DNA from: Ignavibacteria bacterium
GTDB taxonomy: Bacteria; Bacteroidota; Ignavibacteria; Kapaibacteriales; Kapaibacteriaceae
Length of the DNA stretch: 64,000 bases
Direction of reading: 5' to 3'
NCBI GenBank assembly: GCA_013204605.1
Contig: JABMNI010000021.1
Coordinates: 6,424-70,423, forward strand
Of the stretch, positions 20,826 through 32,844 are shown piece by piece. The first letter of the stretch is position 1; every line of letters begins with the position of its first letter. Made by a program: the position numbers and the translations under genes. The notes under the pieces were generated by a model. That model was not told where the DNA came from, made no database searches, and saw only the letters and a list, made by a program, of their open reading frames with translations.

Positions 20826-21358
20826 TGTTGCTGAATTCCACTAACCTTGAAAATTCGATAAGATTTTAAAAACCTATCACTCACAAAACCCATTCCTTCA
20901 ATTTTCTCAGAGGGACTTACTATCCTCACAAACTCGGTCGACTTTAAAAGCTGTGAGTGATTCTCCCACAATAACTTCTGTGTGGTAAGTGTGGTTCGAG
21001 TAGAATCCGAAAAAACCACCACATTCCCAATTGCCGTCATGTTGCTTGTGCGATCGTCCACCACCGCGCTATCCGCCGTCATACGTGCAAGTCGCTTTCC
21101 ACTTTCCACCGAAAAAAAGTCCACCACCACGCTCTTGCCAAACGAAGTCTCCCTACTCTCCTCAGACAAATATGCCACCCCCGATTGTAACGTAGCCTTT
21201 GTGCGCGATGAGTCGGCAAATTTCACCTTCACATTATACGACATGTGGGAGGGGGCTGTGAGGAACGGGTCATCGGCAGACTTTGCCACGTGAGCTTGTT
21301 TTGAACACGACGTTATGCATATGCAAAACATCGAAGCCACTATCAGTTTAACCTTCAT
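20822..21358 (-). CDS. lptC: LPS export periplasmic protein LptC (lipoprotein-like)
   Basis: Lipobox TSC, AIGNVVV..TLTTQKLLW..IEGMGF beta-jellyroll pattern, downstream of kdsA. Confidence 0.82.
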   Translation of the reverse strand: MKVKLIVASMFCICITSCSKQAHVAKSADDPFLTAPSHMSYNVKVKFADSSRTKATLQSGVAYLSEESRETSFGKSVVVDFFSVESGKRLARMTADSAVVDDRTSNMTAIGNVVVFSDSTRTTLTTQKLLWENHSQLLKSTEFVRIVSPSEKIEGMGFVSDRFLKSYRIFKVSGIQQQ

Positions 21359-22150
21359 TTAATCGGGGAAACTATAATGTTTCAATATGTCTTGCAGGTA
21401 AGCCTCAACAGTATGCAGCGGTAATTGCGTCTCAGCGTCGCTCATCGCAACTAATGGATTTGGGTGCGTCTCGGCAAATATTCCTCGTACGCCCACTGCG
21501 GCGGCCGCTCGGCTTAATACCGGAATGTACTGAGGACTTCCACCAGATTGCACGCCAATAGAAGGACGCTGCACGGAGTGGGTTGCATCAAATATCACGG
21601 GGAAGCCCGACGCCACCATGTCTGCTACGCCACGAAAATCAACAACCAAGTCATGATACCCAAAGCTCGTTCCCCTTTCGGTAAGCCAAATCTTGTCATT
21701 GCCGGCGGCAACACATTTGTTTGCTGCCTTAATAACATCCTCGGCTGCCATAAACTGTGCTTTTTTAATATTTACCGTCTTTCCAGTCTCGGCTGCGGCT
21801 TCAAGCAGCGCTGTTTGCCGGCTTAGAAAGGCTGGAATCTGCAGGACATCTACAAAATCTGCTGCCCAACTTGCTTCATCGGCAGTATGTACGTCGGTAA
21901 TTGTTGGCAAACCAAACTCCGCCCCGACACTTTTCAAAATTTGGATGGCCTCTAAATCTCCAATTCCTTGAAACGATCCAGCGCTGGTTCGATTAGCTTT
22001 ACGGTACGACCCCTTCAACACTAATTGAATAGGATACGTACGCTGAAGTTCGGCAAGTTGCCTGGCCACTTGAAACACAACGTCGTGTGATTCTATGAGG
22101 CATGGACCCGCAATAAAGAGTAGTTTACTTGATTCTAGCTGCATGACCAT
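21359..22150 (-). CDS. kdsA: KDO8P synthase
   Basis: AGPCLIES, KANRTS, QIPAFLSRQT, DATHSVQ; start probably 22150 or 22144 rather than 22201. Confidence 0.95.
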   Translation of the reverse strand: MVMQLESSKLLFIAGPCLIESHDVVFQVARQLAELQRTYPIQLVLKGSYRKANRTSAGSFQGIGDLEAIQILKSVGAEFGLPTITDVHTADEASWAADFVDVLQIPAFLSRQTALLEAAAETGKTVNIKKAQFMAAEDVIKAANKCVAAGNDKIWLTERGTSFGYHDLVVDFRGVADMVASGFPVIFDATHSVQRPSIGVQSGGSPQYIPVLSRAAAAVGVRGIFAETHPNPLVAMSDAETQLPLHTVEAYLQDILKHYSFPD

Positions 22151-22231
22151 GCAAATTATCCATAATTTTGACTTGTTCGTGTTAAAACACAATATCAGCA
22201 TGTCTCATTGGCGGAGCGTTTATGAGGAAGA

Positions 22232-24958
22232 ATGTCGAAAAGACTAGATAACATACCAAGTGGTCGACGTTCAAATCGGCCTCGGAATACTGACGAAGGT
22301 GACCTCCCATCCCCGGTGCTAGGTGGTACCCAGGAACCGACCGAGGATACACTACGAAAAATTCGAATCGCGGCAATTCTATTAGGGGTGTTTGCGGTTC
22401 TGCTTTTTATTGCGCTAGCATCCTACACCGCAAAGGACGAAGCCAACGCACAGCTCACGTTACGTGATATAATAGGGGTTATTCGGGGTGACGACGCACT
22501 TCGCGTCCGTTTCGAGACCACGAATAATTGGCTAGGACTTTTAGGTGCCGTTGTTTCGCACTGGATGTTCACCTCCACTGTTGGAGTATGGAGCACTGGG
22601 CTTCCAATATTGCTCATGTTTTGGGCCAGAGATATTTATCGTTTTCAAAGAATTACACCAAAGGTTACCCGAATAAGTATAGCATCTATGGCATCCATGG
22701 TAGTACTTGCGGCATTGTTTGGAACCTTTCAGTTAATCACGTGGCTCCCTCCCATAGATAGAATTATGGCTGGAGCAGTGGGTCAATTTTTATCCGGTGT
22801 TGCAACGCAGCTGGTTGGTTCCGTTGGAAGTGCTGCTATTATGTTGGTTGCCCTCACATTAATTATGATTGTTGGCTTCGAGGTAAATGTTGAACGCTTG
22901 GGTCTTTCTACCAGCAAATGGTTAATGCAAGGCCAGACCTTGTACAAGAAATACTTTTCTTCACAGCTGCTTAAAAAACATCCGCAAACGGATGAGCCAC
23001 AGGATGAGGAAGTTGTTGAAAAAGTTAAACCAACAAGGGCTGAAATTCAAGCTGATGAAAAGGATGACGAACCGGCTGAATTTATACGTCCAACGTTGAC
23101 GCCCTCAAAAGAGGCTCCAATTCGCCTTTCAGGTGCTGTACAAATTGTGCGTCCCATCCCCCATTCATCCGGCGGTGTGGCTCCCGATCCTGTTAGGGTA
23201 ATCGACTCACTAAAAAACCCAAAGCCCGTTAACATAAATGAAGTTGAAGAGCGTTTAAAAAATCTACATCCAGGTAAGGATATAAGAGTTTCGCCGGGCA
23301 GCGGACCATCCGACCCTGGTGATGCACCCGAACTCCCGCTGTTTATTCCTCCCGATGAAGATGATCAGTTTGAAGATGTTCCTGAACTGCCAGTTTCTCG
23401 TAAGGGGCTAACTGTTACAGTTGAGGGAGGTTCAGATGACGATCAGGAGATTTCACTGTCATCGAATACGTTATACGACGAAGATATTGCGTACAAGCCG
23501 CCGCCGGCGAGTTTGTTGAATCAGACAAAGGAGGAAGTCTCGGTCGACGATGAAGAACTGCGCAACAATGCTCGGATACTTCAAGAAAAACTTGAGACGT
23601 TTAAAGTCAAGATTGAAAATCTTACGGTGCAACCAGGTCCGGTGATTACTCAGTATGAATTTGTTCCTGCTTCAGGTATTAAGGTTGCGCAAATTGAAAA
23701 CTTGGCCGATGATATTGCACTCGCACTCAAAGCACAGGGCGTGAGAATCATTGCTCCGATTCCGGGCAGAGGCACAGTTGGAATTGAGATTCCAAATAAC
23801 AAACCCGCTGTTGTTCGGTTCAGTTCAATTATTAAGAGTCCGAAATTTCACAATCCCGATATCAAATTACCTATCGCCATGGGTAAGACGGTGGGTGGCG
23901 AAGTGTACTGTGCAGATCTTACAAAAATGCCCCATCTACTAATTGCGGGTGCAACAGGAAAAGGAAAGTCTGTTGGCATAAATACTATAATTGCATCGCT
24001 GCTGTATAGAATGCATCCACGTGAATTAAAGTTTGTGATTATCGATCCGAAGCGTGTTGAGATGGCCTTGTACAAATCACTCGAAAATCATTTCTTGGCT
24101 ATTAGCCCGGACATAAGTGAAACGATTGTTACCGAGCCGCAAAACGCCGTGGTGATGTTGAAGTGCGTTGTAGAAGAAATGCAGCAACGGTACAGCGTGC
24201 TTGCTGCTGCCGGACAAAGAAACATTGCAGACTATAACCGAAAAGCAAAAGAAGGAACGTTAAAAGAACGTGGTGGAATAAAGCACCGACCAATGCCGTA
24301 CATCGTGGTGGTGATAGATGAGTTGGCCGACCTTATGATGACCGCAGGTAAGGACGTTGAAGAACCTATTGTGCGCCTTGCGCAATTGGCTCGAGCCGTG
24401 GGCATTCACTGCGTAGTAGCAACGCAACGACCTTCCGTAGATGTTGTAACGGGTCTGATTAAAGCGAACTTCCCTGCTAGAATTGCTTATCAAGTTGCTT
24501 CGAGAATCGACTCTCGAACAATTTTAGATGCAAGCGGCGCTGAGCATTTGATTGGAAACGGTGACATGTTATTCTCACCGGGAAATACGCCGAAACCATT
24601 GCGAATGCAAAACGCGTTTATCTCTACGGACGAAGTTGAAGCTATTTGCGAACACATCGGAAAGCAGCGCGGATATTCACAACCGTACACGCTTCCAAGT
24701 GTGGCTGAAAAACGAAACCTATACGGCGGAGCCGCCGGTGGTGATAGAGATGTGCTATTTGAAGATGCAGCTCGAATTTTTATACAGCTGCAACAAGCTT
24801 CGGTATCCACGTTACAACGAAGGTTGAGAGTGGGCTATGCGCGGGCTGCTAGAATTGTTGATGAATTAGAAATGGCCGGAATTGTGGGTCCGCCGGATGG
24901 TTCTCGAGGTCGCCCTGTTCTTTTGCAAAGCGATGCCGAGCTGGAAGCGTACCTGTAA
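22232..24958 (+). CDS. ftsK: DNA translocase FtsK
   Basis: N-terminal TMs, PHLLIAGATGKGKS, IDELADLM, ATQRPSVDV, gamma domain LQRRLRVGYARAARI. Confidence 0.97.
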   Translation: MSKRLDNIPSGRRSNRPRNTDEGDLPSPVLGGTQEPTEDTLRKIRIAAILLGVFAVLLFIALASYTAKDEANAQLTLRDIIGVIRGDDALRVRFETTNNWLGLLGAVVSHWMFTSTVGVWSTGLPILLMFWARDIYRFQRITPKVTRISIASMASMVVLAALFGTFQLITWLPPIDRIMAGAVGQFLSGVATQLVGSVGSAAIMLVALTLIMIVGFEVNVERLGLSTSKWLMQGQTLYKKYFSSQLLKKHPQTDEPQDEEVVEKVKPTRAEIQADEKDDEPAEFIRPTLTPSKEAPIRLSGAVQIVRPIPHSSGGVAPDPVRVIDSLKNPKPVNINEVEERLKNLHPGKDIRVSPGSGPSDPGDAPELPLFIPPDEDDQFEDVPELPVSRKGLTVTVEGGSDDDQEISLSSNTLYDEDIAYKPPPASLLNQTKEEVSVDDEELRNNARILQEKLETFKVKIENLTVQPGPVITQYEFVPASGIKVAQIENLADDIALALKAQGVRIIAPIPGRGTVGIEIPNNKPAVVRFSSIIKSPKFHNPDIKLPIAMGKTVGGEVYCADLTKMPHLLIAGATGKGKSVGINTIIASLLYRMHPRELKFVIIDPKRVEMALYKSLENHFLAISPDISETIVTEPQNAVVMLKCVVEEMQQRYSVLAAAGQRNIADYNRKAKEGTLKERGGIKHRPMPYIVVVIDELADLMMTAGKDVEEPIVRLAQLARAVGIHCVVATQRPSVDVVTGLIKANFPARIAYQVASRIDSRTILDASGAEHLIGNGDMLFSPGNTPKPLRMQNAFISTDEVEAICEHIGKQRGYSQPYTLPSVAEKRNLYGGAAGGDRDVLFEDAARIFIQLQQASVSTLQRRLRVGYARAARIVDELEMAGIVGPPDGSRGRPVLLQSDAELEAYL

Positions 24959-25020
24959 AGCCCCTTTCAAAAGATTACATTGTTTGTCCTGTTCATACTG
25001 GCAGCCCTTACCTTGAGCCG

Positions 25021-25028
25021 TATCTTTG
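25021..25028 (+). promoter_or_regulatory. -7 promoter element TATCTTTG for uvrA
   Basis: TAnnTTTG match upstream of the TTG start. Confidence 0.65.
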
Positions 25029-25049
25029 TAGGTTTACGCACCACTTTCG

Positions 25050-27941
25050 TTGGCAAATCCCTTGAATGATGACTACATATTTTTTCCCGATTCCGAGCTA
25101 AACTCGATACGAATTCGTGGCGCCAGGGAGCACAACCTTAAGAATATTTCGGTCGAAATTCCGCGCGATAAGATTGTTGTAATTACGGGTTTAAGTGGCT
25201 CGGGGAAGTCGTCGTTAGCATTCGATACGATTTATGCCGAGGGGCAGCGCAGGTACGTGGAGTGTATGTCGGCATATGCGCGGCAGTTTTTGGGGATAAT
25301 GAAAAAGCCAGACGTGGACTCGATTGACGGACTGAGTCCAGCAATTTCGATTGAACAAAAGAGCATCGGACATAATCCCCGATCGACGGTAGGCACGGTC
25401 ACCGAGATTTATGACTACTTGCGTTTGCTATACGCTAAAGCCGGAATACAGTACTGCGTTAATTGCAATATCGAGGTTAAGCAGCAAACGTTGGATCAGA
25501 TTGTGGACGCGTTGTTGAAGCATCCGGTCGATACGAAGGTGCAAGTGTTGAGTCCAGTGGTAAAGGGCCGGAAAGGACACTATCGCGAGCTTTTTGAACA
25601 ACTACGGAAGCAGGGTTTTACGCGAGTTAGAATTGATGGCGAGATGCAAGAGATTACTGAGAGCCTGCAATTACCTCGCTACAAAGTGCACAATATTGAA
25701 CTGTTGGTTGACCGAATAGTTATCGATGAAGGAATCAGAACTCGGTTGACTGAATCGGTAGATACGGCTTTGCATTTGGGTGATGATGGTGTTAGCGCAT
25801 TGATAGAGACATCTGAAAATGTTTGGACCGAAGTGTACTTTAGCACCACCTATTCATGTCCGTCTTGTGGTACATCATACGCCACCCCTGCCCCCAACAT
25901 GTTTTCGTTCAACTCCCCTTTTGGCTCGTGTTCGGAATGCGAAGGCTTGGGTGAGAAAACGGATTTCGATATGGAATTGGTAATGCCTGACCTTAGTGTG
26001 AGTATTGATAGCGGTGGAATTGGACCTCTTGGAAAGGCGCGAGATACATGGCTTTGGAAGCAAGTAACATCGTATTGCAAGGACGTAGGAATTGATCGAA
26101 CAAAACCGATTTCTGAAATTGCCGACCATTCACTTCAGGCCTTGCTGTATGGTACCGATGGCGCCAGAGTTACCGTTGAGTACAAGAACACCGAGGTCCG
26201 TCACCAGTTTATTGGCGTGCTGCCCACGCTAAAACATCAACTCGAGCAAACGGCTTCGGCCACCATTCGAAAAGGAATTGAGCAGTATTTCGCTGCCATG
26301 CCATGTCCGTCGTGTAACGGCGCACGTTTAAAAGAAGCGCATCTTTTCATTCGAGTAAACGACATGAATATTCACGACGTGAGTATCATGTCTATCGTCG
26401 ACTGCTTACAATGGTTTAGTACCGTCATGGAAAATCTTTCAGACCGGCAACAAATTATTGCAGACTTGATAGTGAGAGAAATTAGTAAACGGCTCAGTTT
26501 TTTGGTCGATGTAGGACTCACCTATTTAACGTTACATCGATCTGCTAGATCGCTAAGTGGCGGTGAGTCGCAACGCATTCGTCTCGCCTCGCAAATAGGC
26601 TCGCAGCTAGTTGGCGTGACATATGTATTAGACGAGCCTAGCATTGGACTTCACCAACACGATAATCAAAAGCTGATAAAATCCCTAAAAAATCTGCGTG
26701 ACATCGGTAACACCGTAGTTGTAGTTGAGCATGATAAAGACATGATTTTACAGGCCGATTACGTAATTGATATTGGTCCCGGCGCCGGAGTCCATGGCGG
26801 AAAAATTATCGCTCAATTCGATCCTTCATCTACTGAATTAGCCTCAATTCCAAGCACAGATTCCCTTACACTCCAGTATCTGCGCGGCGAGATAGTGGTA
26901 GAGGCCCCATTGGAACGGCGTGTTGGCAACGGTAATAGTATTGTGTTGAAAGGGGCTAAGGGGAACAATCTTTTAGATGTCACTCTCACGCTGCCATTGG
27001 GCCAGTTTGTATGTGTTACCGGGATGAGTGGTTCAGGTAAAAGCACGCTCATTAATGACACGCTCTATCCGATAATTGCCCAGCAGTTTTACAGAGCCGA
27101 AACAAAGCCCCTTGCCTATGAAGCAATTGAGGGCTTGGAAAACATCGACAAAGTAATTGAGATTGATCAGTCGCCCATTGGAAGAACGCCAAGAAGTAAT
27201 CCCGCAACATATACAGGTCTGTTCACACAAATCCGGGACTTCTTCACGTTGCTGCCTGAGTCGAAAATCCGTGGTTACAAGTCTGGTAGATTTTCGTTCA
27301 ACGTTGTTGGAGGAAGATGCGAGGAGTGCGAAGGTGCAGGAATTCGAAAAATTGAAATGAGTTTTCTTCCAGATGTATTTGTTTCGTGCGACAATTGTAA
27401 TGGGGCTCGATATAACAGTGAGACGCTTGCTGTGAAATTCAAGGGTAAGTCAATTGCAAATGTTCTGGATATGACAGTTGAAGAAGCTTGTGAATTCTTT
27501 GTTGACATTCCAAAAATTTACAAGAAATTAAAAACACTGAGTGAAGTTGGCCTAGGTTACATTTCATTGGGTCAGCAAGCGCCCACACTCTCCGGCGGTG
27601 AAGCACAGCGCGTGAAGTTGGCTACTGAACTCTCAAAACAAAACACCGGTAAAACATTATACGTTCTGGATGAGCCCACTACTGGATTGCATTTTGAAGA
27701 CATTAACATACTGCTCAGATTGTTGGACAAACTAGTCGACAAGGGAAATTCCGTTGTTGTAATTGAGCATAATCTCGACGTGATATGTCATGCAGACCAC
27801 GTGATCGACCTCGGACCCGGTGGCGGTATTGAAGGCGGAAAAATTGTTGCGTGTGGTACACCGGAGCAAGTGGCGGCAAGTGAGCTCAGTATTACTGGTA
27901 AGTATATCAAGAATGAACTTTTGGGAAGAATTGTAAATTGA
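25050..27941 (+). CDS. uvrA: Excinuclease ABC subunit A
   Basis: GAREHNLK, two ABC domains ([16 protein letters not shown]), zinc fingers, LSGGE signatures. Confidence 0.99.
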   Translation: MANPLNDDYIFFPDSELNSIRIRGAREHNLKNISVEIPRDKIVVITGLSGSGKSSLAFDTIYAEGQRRYVECMSAYARQFLGIMKKPDVDSIDGLSPAISIEQKSIGHNPRSTVGTVTEIYDYLRLLYAKAGIQYCVNCNIEVKQQTLDQIVDALLKHPVDTKVQVLSPVVKGRKGHYRELFEQLRKQGFTRVRIDGEMQEITESLQLPRYKVHNIELLVDRIVIDEGIRTRLTESVDTALHLGDDGVSALIETSENVWTEVYFSTTYSCPSCGTSYATPAPNMFSFNSPFGSCSECEGLGEKTDFDMELVMPDLSVSIDSGGIGPLGKARDTWLWKQVTSYCKDVGIDRTKPISEIADHSLQALLYGTDGARVTVEYKNTEVRHQFIGVLPTLKHQLEQTASATIRKGIEQYFAAMPCPSCNGARLKEAHLFIRVNDMNIHDVSIMSIVDCLQWFSTVMENLSDRQQIIADLIVREISKRLSFLVDVGLTYLTLHRSARSLSGGESQRIRLASQIGSQLVGVTYVLDEPSIGLHQHDNQKLIKSLKNLRDIGNTVVVVEHDKDMILQADYVIDIGPGAGVHGGKIIAQFDPSSTELASIPSTDSLTLQYLRGEIVVEAPLERRVGNGNSIVLKGAKGNNLLDVTLTLPLGQFVCVTGMSGSGKSTLINDTLYPIIAQQFYRAETKPLAYEAIEGLENIDKVIEIDQSPIGRTPRSNPATYTGLFTQIRDFFTLLPESKIRGYKSGRFSFNVVGGRCEECEGAGIRKIEMSFLPDVFVSCDNCNGARYNSETLAVKFKGKSIANVLDMTVEEACEFFVDIPKIYKKLKTLSEVGLGYISLGQQAPTLSGGEAQRVKLATELSKQNTGKTLYVLDEPTTGLHFEDINILLRLLDKLVDKGNSVVVIEHNLDVICHADHVIDLGPGGGIEGGKIVACGTPEQVAASELSITGKYIKNELLGRIVN

Positions 27942-28042
27942 GAAGGAAATCAAAATTTGAATTGAAAACAGAAGTTACTGATTCATTTCAATATTTTTTA
28001 CGACAAAGCCTCACCCCAAGTTAGCTGGCAAGAATCTATGAT

Positions 28043-30106
28043 TTGATAGACTCCACTATGGAGTTTAGCTTAGACACCCTTCGTGGCTTTGTTATCGATT
28101 GTGCTGCTGAGTGTGACATTCCAGCTGTGGAGAAACTTGTAAATAAAGATGAACTTGGATCGTTGACTTCTGCTATTCTAATTACTAAACAGTTTCAAAT
28201 CATCTATGTCTCACGATTCACTGAAACAGGAAGCGCCGTACTAGGCAATGGCGAACTGATGTTGTTTGAAGATTTTTCGTCGATTGAAGATACTTGCAAA
28301 ATAGTTTTACTACATACGCCACTAGTTTCATTTATAAACACCCAACAGTCACCAATTGTAGGTCACGCTCCTATGGAGACTAAGAAGACGAGTTTCAAAG
28401 ACATATGGCCCAACCTTAAATCCATTTTGACTAAAGAAAAGGTCGACATATGGACATTGGTGGCATATGCAGCGTTGGCCAGTGGACTTGGATTAATAAT
28501 TCCGCTGAGCTCGCAATCCATTATTAACTCAGTTTCGCTCGGCGTGTTTACATCTCAGTTCTACGTGTTGTGTGGTGTTGTGCTTATAGTAATGATTATG
28601 CTGGCATTTTTGACAGTCGCTGAGAGTTACATAATCGACATGATACAGCGCCGATTGTTGGTGCATACGTCTTTTGACATTGCAGGCAGGTTACCAAAAG
28701 CAACGCATGAATCTGTAAGATTGAATTACACGCCCGACCTTGTAAACCGTTTCTTTGATGTGATGACAATTCAAAAGTCGCTTGCGAAGTTCCTGCTGGA
28801 TGGGGTAAACGGTGTGTTGATATTGATTTCCGGTTTAGTCTTACTAGCCTTTTATCACCCGTTTTTTATCATATACGACTTGTTGTTTCTGTTTTTTGTA
28901 CCGGTTCTAGTAATGCTATTCGGGAGGGGCGCAATTGGTTCTGCTGCGAAGTATCAGGCTGCGGCCTCTTTGGAAGACATTGCGCGCGCTCAACTCAGTT
29001 TTAAACTAAACTCTGCTTCTGCCTTTGGAATTGATCGAATCAATCGCATATCGTTGTCGTACATAGATGCTAAGCGGGCACATTTTTTTATTGTAGCACG
29101 TCAATTGTTTTGTTCCTATATTTTCAAAGCCGTTGCTGTTGTGGGTATTTTGGGTGTTGGTGGCGGATTAGTTCTAGCACAGCAACTTAGTCTTGGTCAG
29201 TTAGTTGCTGCTGAGATTGTTATACTGATGATCATCAGCGCGCTTGAAAAGCTATTAGGTCAGTTTGATAGTTATTATGATATGATGGCTGCATTGGACA
29301 AGCTTTCATTCGTTATGAATCAACCTCTGGAAACTGTTGGCGGAATATCGATTACTGAAACGGATGTCGATATTGTAGCGAAGTTCACAAATGTCCAATT
29401 GTCTTTCAATAATAGAAACGTATTGCAAGGATTGAATCTTGAATAGAGGAGAGGTTCACATATTAGCATAGTGGGGCGCAGCGGTAGTGGTAAATCCACA
29501 ATGATGCATCTTTTACTAGGATTACTCAAGCCCACCTCTGGCATCGTTGAAGCCTTCCAGGTTAGTTTACAACAGGCCAACTTGAACTCATTACGAATCC
29601 ACGTTGGATACATGCACCCTGAAAGCCAACTTATTTCAGGTTCAATTTTAGATAACATCACTTTCGGAAGAGAAATTGACAGAAATTCATTGCGATGGGC
29701 AATCGAGCTCACGGGATGCACCGAGGAAATTGACAACCTTCCAGGCGGCATTATGTACCGAATTACTGGTAGCGAAGAAGACTTAGCATACGGCTTACGG
29801 AAGAAAATTATCATTACGCGCTGTATTGTAAACAAACCGCAGATATTGATTTTAGATGAAGCGTTCGAAGGTATCGAGGATTCTCTTAAACTTTCGATGA
29901 TTGATCGCATATTTAAGGAGAAAGATTGGACAGTTATAAATGTTTCCCACGATCCTGAACTAGTTGCGAAAACTGAGTTTACCTACGTTCTCGACAGTGG
30001 TAAAATCGTAGAGTCTGGAATTCCTTTAGAGTTAAGCCGAAAAGCTGATTCTGTATTCCGGACGTTATTCCCTAATTCAAATTTCTTTGAGACAAATGCC
30101 AGATAG
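28043..30106 (+). pseudogene. Type I secretion ABC transporter (TMD+NBD) interrupted by an in-frame TAG at 29444-29446
   Basis: ORFs 28043-29446 and 29471-30106 share one frame: ...LQGLNLE*RRGSHISIVGRSGSGKST... LVNRFFDV and GQLVAAEI motifs; followed by HlyD and TolC genes. Confidence 0.8.
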
Positions 30107-31343
30107 AAATTCATTCGATGACGTAGATCAGGCGGAGCACACCAACCGATGTAGTTCTTCCCTTGCAAGTACGAAAACCAAGCGTGTATTCAGGCTGTTA
30201 GGATGGACAGTTGGATTTATCATGATATTGATTGTTTTCGGGCTTTGGTTTATTCCTTGGCGACAGACTGTAAGTGCATCCGGGACAGTAACTTCTTTCC
30301 ATCCGTCGGCGAGAGCACAATCTATTGAGAGCATGGTTTCGGGTAAGATAGTTCGGTGGTTGGTAGTTGAAGGTCAGATGGTTGAGGCTGGTGACACCCT
30401 GTGTCTTTTAACCGACATCAATATAGGCTTCTTAGATACTAATCTGTTGACCAAATTGGAAGACTTACGTGAACGCACTTTTCAAGCTCAAGAAAATAGT
30501 ATTACCATTTCAATACAACGCCGCAGACAGGCGGAACAGAGATATGAGCAGGCTCGTGCTCGAATGGAAAATGCGGCAGTGGAAATTTCCACCGCACGTG
30601 TGCGGATGTCTCGTGCAGAGTTACTCTTCTTAGAGAGTCTTGTGTCGCAACGAGAAGTTGAGTCAGCGCAATTGAACCTGCAAAAAAGTCGCGCGGATTC
30701 CGTTACCGCTATGGCTGCTTTTAATGCATCGGCGCGTGATGTTGAGGCGCTTCGAGCAGAAGAAGAGCGAGTAGTTAATATGGCATTCGTTGCAATGCAA
30801 GAAGCTGATGTACGATTGGGTAATTCTAAATCTCGCATAAATGCCAGTACGATAGTTGCACCATCTAGCGGCCAAGTGGTCAGAATTGCAAAGGTAGGGT
30901 CTGGACAAATTGTAAAGGAAGGTGAGATTCTTGCAACGGTGGTTCCAAGTTCCAACGATCAGGCTGTTGAACTTTACGTGAACGGCCGCGATGCGGCTAT
31001 CGTTCGTAAGGGCGGACTGGTTGCCATACAGTTCGCGGGGTTCCCCGCTTTTCAAATTTCAGGGTGGAATCAGGTGGCTGTTGGAATTTTCCATGGGCGA
31101 GTTAAAGTAATTGATGCTGTTGATGACGGAACGGGGAAGTATCGCGTACTAGTCGTCCCCGACTTAACAATGAAAACTTGGCCTAAATCTGATATTCTTC
31201 GGCAAGGGTCATCAGCATCTGGTTGGATGATACTCGAAGAAGTACCGCTCGGTGCGGAATTGTGGCGAATGTTCATGGGATTCCCACCCCAATTTCCCGT
31301 GAATGAATTGCCAATGAAAACAGAGCCTGGGGAGAAGAAGTAG
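30096..31343 (+). CDS. HlyD-family membrane fusion protein
   Basis: FIPWRQT TM anchor, biotinyl-lipoyl-like halves, coiled coil, FAGFPAFQISGW and VPLGAELWR motifs. Confidence 0.9.
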   Translation: MPDRNSFDDVDQAEHTNRCSSSLASTKTKRVFRLLGWTVGFIMILIVFGLWFIPWRQTVSASGTVTSFHPSARAQSIESMVSGKIVRWLVVEGQMVEAGDTLCLLTDINIGFLDTNLLTKLEDLRERTFQAQENSITISIQRRRQAEQRYEQARARMENAAVEISTARVRMSRAELLFLESLVSQREVESAQLNLQKSRADSVTAMAAFNASARDVEALRAEEERVVNMAFVAMQEADVRLGNSKSRINASTIVAPSSGQVVRIAKVGSGQIVKEGEILATVVPSSNDQAVELYVNGRDAAIVRKGGLVAIQFAGFPAFQISGWNQVAVGIFHGRVKVIDAVDDGTGKYRVLVVPDLTMKTWPKSDILRQGSSASGWMILEEVPLGAELWRMFMGFPPQFPVNELPMKTEPGEKK

Positions 31344-31344
31344 C

Positions 31345-32742
31345 GTGAGGATAAGAGCTAAATTTCGTCGGTTACTCTGCAAAGCATTCATAATAGTCCA
31401 AATTCTGATTCTGCGGTACGAGTTCGCACCTGCGCAGGAGACAATGTTAATTGATGAGTACCTTAAAAGGGTCGAAGAATCACTGCCTTCTCTCAAGTCA
31501 GCCAGCTTTGAACCAGAGTTAGCCGAAGCAGAAATCCGGAATGCACTCGGACGGTTCGACCCAGTGCTAAATGCTGCGTATACCTACAAAAGTTATGGTG
31601 ATGCAGACAAAATAAACCTGCTTAAAGGATCGGTAGATCAGCCCTTGGATATGTTGTTTGGACCAACCTTAAGTGCAACCTACATGCGTGGAATTGGAAC
31701 AAACATTGATCCGCAGAACGCAACCTCACTACCCGGAGAAACTGCTTTAGGACTGACCCTACCGTTATTCCAAGGAATTTTCACAGATCCTCGAAGAAAT
31801 TCACTACGAAAAGCCATGGTTTTACCTGAAATGGCCGACGCACAGTTTCGAATGGAAAGGAATAATGCGTTGCGAGCTGCTGCCGGCAAGTATTTGGATT
31901 GGGTAGAAAAGTATGCTATATCGGAGACCACAGACTCAATATTACAATTGGCAGAACGGCGCATCGAAATGATTTCAAAGCGAATCATTGCTGGTGAATC
32001 CAAAGCCATTGATTCAATCGAAATTCTACAGGAAGTATTAAAGCGAAGGTCTGATAAACTGAATGCTTTGCGTGGTGCTGAACAAGCAGCTGTAGACGCA
32101 TCAGTTTTTTTGTGGAATCGAGATGGCACCCCGATGCTCTCAGCATTCAAACCACAAAATCTTATTCTTTTCAACATGTTGTATGAAACTCCAAGCGATC
32201 CAGTTACGATTGCTAATTCGTCTAGACCCGAATTGAAACGCATTCAAAGTATCCAGTCAATATCTCGTTTAGATAGCTCCTTAGCCATAGAATTTCTTCG
32301 CCCTTTTGTGCAGGCAGACGCGATGTTGATATCTAGCAACTTGGCTTCACTCAGTGCATTAAACTATAAAGTAGGAATTAAGATTTCTCAGCCACTGTTG
32401 TTTAGATCTGCATCTGCCCAATCAGAAATTGCAGATGTTGCAGTTAAAAGGGCGGACCTGACCGTTAAAATGGTTGAACGACAAATTGATGCTGACGTGC
32501 GGAACGCCACAATTGCTCTATCTCGCGCCAAGCAAAGATTTGACATTTTATTGCAAGAAGTAGCAACCGCGAGAATTATGGTAGCCGCCGAACAACGAAA
32601 GTTTTTAATGGGAGATTCCAACCTACTCAACGTGAACCTGAGGGAGAGATTTTTACTTGATGCACAGCTGCGGCAGATAAGTGCAGTGGTGGAAGTACAG
32701 CGCGCCATATATACGATGAAATGGGCATTGGGTCAAATTTAA
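31345..32742 (+). CDS. TolC family outer membrane efflux protein
   Basis: GRFDPVL, LTLPLFQG, EQRKFLMGDSNLLNVNLRE. Confidence 0.9.
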   Translation: MRIRAKFRRLLCKAFIIVQILILRYEFAPAQETMLIDEYLKRVEESLPSLKSASFEPELAEAEIRNALGRFDPVLNAAYTYKSYGDADKINLLKGSVDQPLDMLFGPTLSATYMRGIGTNIDPQNATSLPGETALGLTLPLFQGIFTDPRRNSLRKAMVLPEMADAQFRMERNNALRAAAGKYLDWVEKYAISETTDSILQLAERRIEMISKRIIAGESKAIDSIEILQEVLKRRSDKLNALRGAEQAAVDASVFLWNRDGTPMLSAFKPQNLILFNMLYETPSDPVTIANSSRPELKRIQSIQSISRLDSSLAIEFLRPFVQADAMLISSNLASLSALNYKVGIKISQPLLFRSASAQSEIADVAVKRADLTVKMVERQIDADVRNATIALSRAKQRFDILLQEVATARIMVAAEQRKFLMGDSNLLNVNLRERFLLDAQLRQISAVVEVQRAIYTMKWALGQI

Positions 32743-32797
32743 CCCTGTATTTAGTGGGTAAATGCAAAGCAAGGGAATTCCAGTACAACCTTTCCCT

Positions 32798-32805
32798 TAT
32801 CTTTG
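32798..32805 (+). promoter_or_regulatory. -7 promoter element TATCTTTG for etfBA
   Basis: TAnnTTTG match in the intergenic region. Confidence 0.65.
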
Positions 32806-32844
32806 TGGCTGTACTCTTAATGAAAATCAATTCAGAACACTAAC

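Noticed and set aside
29444..29446. Genome-wide TAG recoding (pyrrolysine or alternative code) as the explanation for the split ABC gene
   Set aside because: TAG ends several intact genes here at their expected C-termini (etfA, hpnD, nuoE, ppiD, the HlyD gene), and no pyl genes are visible
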